Assembly: GCA_965644295.1 (NCBI GenBank)
Contig: CBFFRP010000148.1
Span: forward strand, 1-64,000
Source of the DNA: Paraphysomonas bandaiensis
Taxonomy: Eukaryota > Protista > Chrysophyceae
Direction of reading: 5' to 3'
DNA length: 64,000 bases
Shown here: positions 55,790 to 64,000 of the stretch, one piece after another
Layout: each line of letters starts with the position of its first letter
Numbering within the stretch: position 1 is the stretch's first letter
Notes under the pieces: generated by a model
The model's database searches: none
Told to the model about the DNA's origin: nothing
Seen by the model: only the letters and a program-made list of their open reading frames with translations
Program-made: the position numbers and the translations under genes

Positions 55790-58700
55790 CTATTTCTTTT
55801 CGGCAGATTTCCTCTTACTTGTGGGTCGTTCAGGACGACTCCGCGATGTCGACAAGACATCCGCGTCCTGTGATGCAGACCTAGGAGACACCATGACGTT
55901 TACTGTAACATCATCTTCGTAACCGCTACCGTTCACGCCATCTGCAGCTTGCGTATCCACGCCGGTGAATTCATTACCACCACTACATTTCTCCACCGGG
56001 GTTGTTCGAGTGGATAAAATTTTATCCAAATATTCAGTAGTATCGTGTATCAAGGCTTCATTCTCCGTTGAGTTTTCGAAACTTTGCAGTTCTAGGTCAA
56101 CTACACCAACGCCTGTATCTTCCCGGAGATCACTTGAAGAAGTTGCATAAAAATCGTGCTTTCCAAAACTAGTTCTTGGTGGCCTGCCGACAGGACTATC
56201 TGGGAAAAATATTCGCTGCCGAGTACTGGTTAGTGTAACTGGAGATTGGCTTCCCGATGAACCGCTAACTAGCTTGAAGAGTGCACGGGATCTAGGAGAG
56301 TCTTGATCATGAGTAAACATTCCTCGTCCCAATATCAACCCTCGTCCTTCAGGTTTCACAGGTTTTATTACTGGCGACGGGGTGTCGTTATCTCCTCTTT
56401 CACGTAGCTTCGGCGACTGCTGCCGAAGACTGGTATTTATTTCCTCTGCAGATGACCTCTCTCGAATCTCGGAGGGAGATTCAGGTGGTCGGAAGAAAGA
56501 AGTAATCGACAGTGCCGAACGAAATGATTCTGCCGACGACTTCCCCGAGGACCTGCCTGAAGATCTATCAGACGACTTACCAGATGACCGACCAGAGGAT
56601 CTACCAGAAGATCGAGACGACCTATCTGAATCACGTGCACGGAGGGGTGACTTTGGGGAGGAGGAGCCATATTGAGACGATTCACCAACCGTCTTGTATT
56701 CTAAATACTGTTGCTTGAGCTCAAAGAACTTACTGCTACCTTCGGGGCTGCCGGATGCGGTTTCCATCAAAGTTTGCCTTCGAGTCATCTTGTAGCTGGT
56801 TGATATAGTGGGCGAGCTTGTTGGCGTCGGTGTAGGGGTGGTAAGGGTCCCAAGATGAGATTCGCCCTCTCCATTAGGAGAAATTTCAGGTTCTTCATTG
56901 ATACCATGCATATTAATTCCTCGAAACGAACGCTTAGTTAGCCGTCTAAACAATGCGGGAACTGACGCAGCAATGCGTTGTTGCCTGTGCATTCGATTTA
57001 ATTCATCAGAACGTCTAGTTGCCATCATATCCTCACACATGTGTTTGAACCAATCCAAAAAATGATACATTTCCACACATAGGAGCTTTCCAGCATTATC
57101 ATACAGTAACTGCGAAGATGTCAAAGTGCCGGCAGAATGGTTCTTATCCAGTGGGGCGACATACATATTAGGGGCGCCAAGTTCTGAGGAGGAATCCTCT
57201 TCATTTTCTCCGGGTACTGCTATCAGTACGTCACGGGACGAAGCATTTTCTGACTGCATTTTCTGATCCGACTCAAATCGCTCAATTTCACTCCGCATTT
57301 TGTATAAATATTCATCCAACTGATCCAAGAAGTACTGAATTTCATTCCCTGAGAATGGAACACCATCGGGGTAGTATGAAGCTAGTGCAACCTCCACGAC
57401 ACTATATACACCTTCCTCATCGAGCAAGTAATATAGCATAGTGCCTGGAGTAGAAGTACTACGGCTTATATTCTGCCTCATCAGTCGCATGCTTGCATTA
57501 TGCTGTCCAACAGCAATTCCCCCAATATCATGTGGTGAGGTTTCCGTATCTTGCAAGTCGACACGAATTGTGCCTTCATTCATTGTTGACAACTGTTTAA
57601 ACACCCGTTTCGCTCTCGTTGTTGCGACGTCGAGGTTATTAGTGGCACGGTATATTCGTTGGCGGTTAAGTCGTTGTACTGTGCGAAGAGAATTCGCTCG
57701 ATGCGCGGCGCTGTCGACCCCATCATCAGCAGAACTGCTGTTACGTAGTATTGTGTGCCTCAGTGGCCTTGATACTCTTAGGGCTTCTTTTGAATTACCA
57801 CAACAACAATTCCATGGGTAGTCTCGTGAAACAGTCGCCATATCTGAGTCAAATGCACTCCACAAACCCAACTCAATAATTTCGTCAGGTATATTGGCCA
57901 ATACGTGCTTCTTCTTCAGGCGTTGGGTCATAGAGGGGCCTTTTGTCAGATCTGATAGCACACTCTGTCCAATGCTACGAGCTTTGTGGGGAGAAGATTT
58001 GTTGCTGCTTCCTGATGATAATTTCTTCGAAAAACTACGGTCCTTTGATGGGGGTGACTTCAACACGATATCTTCAACATTGGTCGTTAATTTTAAATCC
58101 TCGAGAGGAACTCTTAAAGTAGAAGCAGTAAGACCCACACGGGTGTCTGATTTAGATGTGATCATGTTCATATTTCTCCATCTTAGTGAAACAGCATCTG
58201 AATTCGAAGAGCAGAAAAACAAATATCTTCTTACACGGCTATAGATGCAGTCGAACTTGTACGACACTTTCCTCACCACATATGGGGAGTGGAAATGAAG
58301 CATCCATGCAAATATACTGTCACTGGCACCAGGAAAACGAGTGCTCCACCACAAATTAACAAGATATACTTCATCCTCCTGTGCATTCGTCATTACAGAT
58401 CGCGGATAAACTTCAGCTCCTGTGTGTAGTGCGGGAGTGCGAATATATTTACTCTGAATATAGTATTTGCAGTATTCCAATAGGCAGAGTAAAATCAAAA
58501 TAATTATCAAAACTACGAATACAGGACGGACAGTGGCGTAAAACCACAGGACCGCGCAGATGACACACACCACAAGAATTGGTGTCAACAGTTCAATCAA
58601 AAAAGATATAAAAAGCACCCAACTTTTCGTCCTGTGAAACTTAAATGGAATTACGTATAGTAGTATATCAGCGACAGATAATGGAACACCAAATACAACT

Positions 58701-61700
58701 CTGGCGATGAATGAAATAGGGTCGTCCTTATTCATTTTGCAAGTGTCGATGTCCTGGTCATCAAGACACATCAACAATTCTGATGCATGCAAACCATGAC
58801 ACACAGGAGACCGAGCCGCTCTACAGCTAGGTGACATGTGCTGTATTATTCGAATATACCCATGTAGGCATGCGGCTTTACCTTCACTAAATCTGTTCAT
58901 AGTATTTAACACATTCTGAAAAACGTGATATATTTTCTGCAATTGTGGTTTTGTAGAAGATACCACACCTACATCTATAAGGCATATTTGCAATGACTGA
59001 CACACAACAGCATCCAAAATAAACGCAGTCACCAATAGGTTGACTAGAGTACCAGCAACAATCTTTCCAACTTGAGATTCAGGGACTTCCAAATCACCGA
59101 AGGTACGCGAAGTAGAATCCAGTAGGAGGAAACATACGACGGCGCACAACAATGCGGCAAACAATATAGCGAGCCACACAAAAGCCCATACAAAAGAGTT
59201 GATAAGGCCCGCCGGAAACCCATCGTATTGAAACATACTTCTAAATAGCGCTATTCGTTTGAGACCCATATCTCCACCTGTGAAAATACGACCATCATCC
59301 TTCCCAGTGGATGGAAACTGCTCCAATACCGCATGTTGAAGCAAAACGAGCTGCAAGCAGAATATATGGTAGTGGTGTGAAATGTCCCAACGGGTGGGTG
59401 CTATCGCATCTGATCCGTGACAGGGGGGACTCGCGGATGGAGGGACAATGATCTCAACATTGCTCTTGATACTACGGCGTTTGAAAGAAGACATTTCACT
59501 CTCAATATATTCCGCTACTTCACGGGCAGTTTGTATTCTCCATTCAGTAAAAAAGCCCGCAGAAAATCGAAATTTCAGGTTCTGAAAAAATGAGAGCGCT
59601 TCCGGACTACCATCAGCAAACACTCCAAGAGATCGCATTACACTCTCAGCCCTGGTGAATAGATCACTGGAAGGAATCGGCCCAGAACGTGCGATGCGCA
59701 TAGTTTTTTCGAAGTCACTTTCCATTAAAGACCTTTTCTCATCATCCTGTCTCCATGGGATCGGCTGTTTTTCTTCCTCCAGGGTCAAGAACTCCCGTAC
59801 GCAAGAGTATATAACGCGGGCCTCTTCTTGTGGAGATGTGAAATCACAATACGCATATTTCGTCACATTACTTCGGGATAAGGACTTACTAAGTTCAGAG
59901 GCACGACGATCTATTTTCTTAACTTCACCAGTAACGTCATCTAAGTTGTCCCTTTCAGACTCTTCATAACTATTCGCTAGGTACCACCGCTGAAGATCAT
60001 CCGTTATGGCAACTAATCCACATGATAACACACTGAACAAACACAGCAACCCTAAGGTACATTTAAGAATGCAAACCTGTATTATTTCTAGGTCGGCCAG
60101 TCGCGGCATCTTGGTGGCGACAATGCTGAACATAACTCTGAAGTAAGTCTTTGGAATAGTCGATATCGTAACAACAGCACATGCGAGACATAAAAAAACA
60201 ATGAAAGAGTACTTTCCATCATCAGTGATTTTATCAGGAAGCATGAATCGCGCACCGCAAACTGAGTTCTTATCGTCCCAATCGCAAATGTATGGCCCAT
60301 CCGAAAATTGGATGCGGTAAGCTAGAAGGATTTCAAATATGTATGACCCAGACCCAGATTTATCAGACTCACATGTATTTCTATCTGTATGTATGTCACA
60401 CTCATGATCACTAGCAATCGACCGCCAGGAATACACATATCGAACCACCAATAAAACCGATACAAGCAGTGACAACACGTCACATAGCATCTCCAAAAAC
60501 CTAATACAGCGGTAGAAGAAGCGCGATGCATACGTAAATGGCCGTATCCACCGATGGTGGCGAGCGATAGCATTTAAATAAGAGTATATCTTGTCAGATA
60601 GCCAACCAACACACATTCGGTTAACAGTCTGTTTTAATCTGGTTGACACAACCGAGCTGGTTGAACTCTGCTGCCTCCGCAACTTACGGCGACCACTGTA
60701 ACTGGAATCAAGGTTACTGTTACAACTCTGCTGTGAGCTGGTGCTTCGAGTGACGTTCTGGCCGTAACGAAGCGACGGTCGCTCACCAAATAGCGCACTG
60801 TCCGTTCTGCTCTCCACTTCTGCAATAGAGGGTTCAGATGGAATATACCTACGGAAACTCATTGCTCGCCTCGGAGTGCTGCATGTTTTAAAGTTCCCCT
60901 CATTACCCATCCATACTACTCGCTGCCTTGTCCGACGATCTTCATTATAAAATTCATCTTCAACTTCTTCTTCGTCTGTCTCCTCGATAGTCTCCCAACG
61001 CAGAGTAGCCTTCGGCCCAAAGCGACGCCCATATCTGTTATTTCCCATGGAGAGAAGACTGGACCGTGGCAGAGGGATATTACGTAAACATAGCGTCGAA
61101 ACTGTACCGAACGAATTTAAGTTATCGTTGTGATCTTTCCTAACATTTGAAATGTATTCACCAGCCGATATCAGTGTCGTAATTGCCTCTATATTTTCCA
61201 CATCAGATGTAGTTACACGTTTACTACTCTGCCTTAGCACAGGGGTGACGCCCATTTCCCCCTTCTTTGGTCGAGCTTCACTGCGAGTACTACTACTATG
61301 AGATATAAATTCAGGCGATATACTCACACTCCTAGATACAAATTCAGAGGAAAAACTCTTTCCCCAAGACATGCGACTCGATAGACAGCGTCGCAAAGCA
61401 GCGCCGTCGTCCTCTTCGTCGCTTGTACCGGTCTCACTAACGTATTCTACACTCAATCCGTACAAAATATCCGATATGAGGTCCTCCCCATCACTATCGG
61501 AGTCTGAGTTCACTGATGTGCCTATATTCAATGCCTCTGGACGTTTATTCGGGAACCTATCAGGACTGTAGCCAGGGAAATAATCCAGCTCATCAGTGAC
61601 TGAGATACAGAGTCGTTCTCCTTCTTCAATTGTATGCAGGGTAGAAAACACACTGCTACTATTTCCGCTACTGTGATGAGAGGAGATAACTTTGCTTCGG

Positions 61701-62413
61701 TTGCTTACATCTGAATTGCTCCCAGGGGAACCACGTGCTACTGTAACGTCAACTCCTTCGTGCGCATCACTGCTGCTCGACGAGGCAAACGGGAAGTGGG
61801 ATTTTACGTAATCCCCGAGAGGAGATCGAGGTTTATTCATGGGAGAAGAGGCCGGTTCCACCACATCACTGGCAGCATCGAGTCGGGTAGTTTCCACATT
61901 TACAGACGACTCAGAGGCAAATACACTGCTACTATTCGAACTTGACCCATTGGTTTCTCCAACTGCTGTCTCTGGCGGTTGAGACGATGGTACAGCTGAC
62001 GAAGACACATTCGATGCTGGAATGTCAGCTAATGTAAATGCTCTCATATCCTTCTCGTTCATTAGAAGAAACCCCTCACCCCCAATGTCAAACACTGCTG
62101 CGAGGAGATACCGTGGGTCTGTTAAAAGCGATTCGACGGGAGCAGTACGAGCCAGCATATAAGACTCATATATATCGATTACAAATAATACAACAAATAC
62201 CATTGCAGCACATATTAATGCAATTCCAAAGGCAAGTTTTCTCTTAGATACATTATCTGTTAGCTCTGTAAGCTCTCGAGACCCCTCATATATACTCTCA
62301 TCATCCCTGTCAATAGCTGATGACAGAGCATCTATACATACATTCCCATAGAGAAGATAACACAGTAATAAGCGATATAGAGCACTAGAAGGAATCAATT
62401 CATATGACAACAT
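55790..62413 (-). CDS. large multi-pass membrane protein of unknown function (2207 aa)
   Basis: Uninterrupted ORF; clusters of hydrophobic helices, a Cys-containing loop (CDIHTDRNTCESDKS..CDWDDKNSVC), long Ser-rich disordered regions. Confidence 0.8.
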   Translation of the reverse strand: MLSYELIPSSALYRLLLCYLLYGNVCIDALSSAIDRDDESIYEGSRELTELTDNVSKRKLAFGIALICAAMVFVVLFVIDIYESYMLARTAPVESLLTDPRYLLAAVFDIGGEGFLLMNEKDMRAFTLADIPASNVSSSAVPSSQPPETAVGETNGSSSNSSSVFASESSVNVETTRLDAASDVVEPASSPMNKPRSPLGDYVKSHFPFASSSSSDAHEGVDVTVARGSPGSNSDVSNRSKVISSHHSSGNSSSVFSTLHTIEEGERLCISVTDELDYFPGYSPDRFPNKRPEALNIGTSVNSDSDSDGEDLISDILYGLSVEYVSETGTSDEEDDGAALRRCLSSRMSWGKSFSSEFVSRSVSISPEFISHSSSTRSEARPKKGEMGVTPVLRQSSKRVTTSDVENIEAITTLISAGEYISNVRKDHNDNLNSFGTVSTLCLRNIPLPRSSLLSMGNNRYGRRFGPKATLRWETIEETDEEEVEDEFYNEDRRTRQRVVWMGNEGNFKTCSTPRRAMSFRRYIPSEPSIAEVESRTDSALFGERPSLRYGQNVTRSTSSQQSCNSNLDSSYSGRRKLRRQQSSTSSVVSTRLKQTVNRMCVGWLSDKIYSYLNAIARHHRWIRPFTYASRFFYRCIRFLEMLCDVLSLLVSVLLVVRYVYSWRSIASDHECDIHTDRNTCESDKSGSGSYIFEILLAYRIQFSDGPYICDWDDKNSVCGARFMLPDKITDDGKYSFIVFLCLACAVVTISTIPKTYFRVMFSIVATKMPRLADLEIIQVCILKCTLGLLCLFSVLSCGLVAITDDLQRWYLANSYEESERDNLDDVTGEVKKIDRRASELSKSLSRSNVTKYAYCDFTSPQEEARVIYSCVREFLTLEEEKQPIPWRQDDEKRSLMESDFEKTMRIARSGPIPSSDLFTRAESVMRSLGVFADGSPEALSFFQNLKFRFSAGFFTEWRIQTAREVAEYIESEMSSFKRRSIKSNVEIIVPPSASPPCHGSDAIAPTRWDISHHYHIFCLQLVLLQHAVLEQFPSTGKDDGRIFTGGDMGLKRIALFRSMFQYDGFPAGLINSFVWAFVWLAILFAALLCAVVCFLLLDSTSRTFGDLEVPESQVGKIVAGTLVNLLVTAFILDAVVCQSLQICLIDVGVVSSTKPQLQKIYHVFQNVLNTMNRFSEGKAACLHGYIRIIQHMSPSCRAARSPVCHGLHASELLMCLDDQDIDTCKMNKDDPISFIARVVFGVPLSVADILLYVIPFKFHRTKSWVLFISFLIELLTPILVVCVICAVLWFYATVRPVFVVLIIILILLCLLEYCKYYIQSKYIRTPALHTGAEVYPRSVMTNAQEDEVYLVNLWWSTRFPGASDSIFAWMLHFHSPYVVRKVSYKFDCIYSRVRRYLFFCSSNSDAVSLRWRNMNMITSKSDTRVGLTASTLRVPLEDLKLTTNVEDIVLKSPPSKDRSFSKKLSSGSSNKSSPHKARSIGQSVLSDLTKGPSMTQRLKKKHVLANIPDEIIELGLWSAFDSDMATVSRDYPWNCCCGNSKEALRVSRPLRHTILRNSSSADDGVDSAAHRANSLRTVQRLNRQRIYRATNNLDVATTRAKRVFKQLSTMNEGTIRVDLQDTETSPHDIGGIAVGQHNASMRLMRQNISRSTSTPGTMLYYLLDEEGVYSVVEVALASYYPDGVPFSGNEIQYFLDQLDEYLYKMRSEIERFESDQKMQSENASSRDVLIAVPGENEEDSSSELGAPNMYVAPLDKNHSAGTLTSSQLLYDNAGKLLCVEMYHFLDWFKHMCEDMMATRRSDELNRMHRQQRIAASVPALFRRLTKRSFRGINMHGINEEPEISPNGEGESHLGTLTTPTPTPTSSPTISTSYKMTRRQTLMETASGSPEGSSKFFELKQQYLEYKTVGESSQYGSSSPKSPLRARDSDRSSRSSGRSSGRSSGKSSDRSSGRSSGKSSAESFRSALSITSFFRPPESPSEIRERSSAEEINTSLRQQSPKLRERGDNDTPSPVIKPVKPEGRGLILGRGMFTHDQDSPRSRALFKLVSGSSGSQSPVTLTSTRQRIFFPDSPVGRPPRTSFGKHDFYATSSSDLREDTGVGVVDLELQSFENSTENEALIHDTTEYLDKILSTRTTPVEKCSGGNEFTGVDTQAADGVNGSGYEDDVTVNVMVSPRSASQDADVLSTSRSRPERPTSKRKSAEKK

Positions 62414-63299
62414 CTTACTGTCTTACTAACTAATCATCTCAATGAATCATTCCATCAATTCAACTCTTGACTCATTCAATCCCAGCATGGACTGTAACCA
62501 CACCGTCTTCCTTCTACACTAACAAGTACATAAGCCCTCTGGCTATATATAACTATATATGAAAAGACACGTAAGTATATGTATCTGTGTGTATATGCAT
62601 ATATTCACTGCAGGGAAGTGAAGATGAAAGACTTTCTTTCACTTTAAAAAAAATACTTTTTCCACACTTCAAAAACACACGTATGTTAGAACTGGAATAC
62701 GAACACAAGCACTTTACTGGCATCAGGTTCACGTTCGTACGACAGCACTTACATTCAGTGTGTACCAATGCCATATGGGGAATGGTATACTGATCACCGC
62801 TACAGTACGTACATAGTTTTCAGCCATCAAAAATAGACTTTTTATGTACCATTAAATTCTGAATACTCTGATTTTGTATGAAAGGAATTAGATAGACCCA
62901 AAAACTATACTTTTGGTGACATCAAAACAAAAATACTCCAGTATTTCCAGTATATCTTTAAATTGGCACTGGAATTTTAATTAAAATAAGAACTATAATT
63001 ACAATTAGAGATTAAAGAAATAATACAATATACAATATAATGCCATGCCAAAAATGCCATTTACTTTATCACCATCAATAGCAGTAGTGTGTATATCTTA
63101 TTGAATGTAGTCAAATCGATACGGTTTAAATAGGACACTGCTCAAATTTATGGAATTTTATTTCGTCAAGAGATAATTAATGATTCAAACTAGTCAATTC
63201 TTAGCTGAAAACTTAGTAACCGATTGTGCTCGCCTATAGCGACGTAGTATTACAGAACAATAATGTCATAGCAGTGATGACAATCAGCGATTTATAATA

Positions 63300-64000
63300 G
63301 CGATATATATTGACATGAGCCCAACATAAGTCTGTAGACCCATCATACGTTGAGCGCTGGGATAAGAGTGTATAGATACTAGATACCAGAGATAGTAATT
63401 TATTTGATGTAATCTCATGTTTAGGAGATTTAAAGACAAACTATTCCTACATGGAATTAATACAGATGAAGCAATACAGACTCAACTAGAAACATTAGCA
63501 GCAAGATTTTGTCAATATTCCAAATTTACAAAGTAATGTACCCACACTAGTGCAGCATTGTCAATGATAATGATTGGCATCAAGATGGTTGCTGCAGACA
63601 CATATATATACCTCCATCAGTTAGTGTTGAAATACTTTCTAGTGCGCTGGATATAATTGTGAATAATGTAGTACCTGTTCATAAGGCATCATGCCCATAA
63701 CGTAAAACAAAGCACACAGTTTCGTACCGTGTGTTTGTACAACGCAATCCGTAAATTCAACAAGTCAGTCCACTGTTGTCAGTAGATATGTTACAACACT
63801 ATGTGGAGTACGATATGCATCCATCTCTTATCTACTCCAGCACCTTCATCTTGAACAGTGATGTATGTAACCACAGTCATACTTACAAGACACACCAGGT
63901 GAGATCAGATGAGATGATACAGTGTTATGAGTCATATTGTCTGCAGGCTCTTCACTGGTTGGGTCGTAAGAGGCGTCCCTATACCACATACATACACTCT
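63300..64000 (-). CDS. possible 3' exons of an intron-rich gene entering from the window end
   Basis: Several short GT..AG-bounded segments on the minus strand (DASYDPTSEEPADN..PGVS / YEGAGVDKRWMHI); a full reading frame could not be reconstructed. Confidence 0.3.

Overview
Eukaryotic (protist-like, probably stramenopile; taxon not provable from sequence) gene-dense region with short introns. Host genes recognised: PINX1-like G-patch protein, MMAB cobalamin adenosyltransferase, UBXN11, SLC25A44-like mitochondrial carrier, a small C2HC zinc-binding protein, FAM21/WASHC2, CFAP57-like WD40/coiled-coil protein, an O-fucosyltransferase, GPAA1 and several hypotheticals. Mobile DNA: two related Ty1/copia elements (one complete, apparently identical 266-bp LTRs with TATT...TATT ends, 5-bp TSD), one complete Ty3/gypsy-type element (apparently identical 1205-bp LTRs, 4-bp TSD), two hAT MITEs, an unclassified hairpin-rich dispersed repeat family and a 901-bp direct duplication. 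The best candidate for a new system is the gypsy element. It is young and intact but has IFDN instead of YxDD in RT, gag and pol in frame across a single TGA, a CCCH-type instead of CCHC finger, no tRNA primer site (a palindrome instead), and an extra domain after a chromodomain-like segment. Across the window, genes alternate strand almost strictly, long (TATG)n arrays lie only in divergent promoter gaps, and transposons lie only at gene 3' ends. All calls are by eye; no searches were run.
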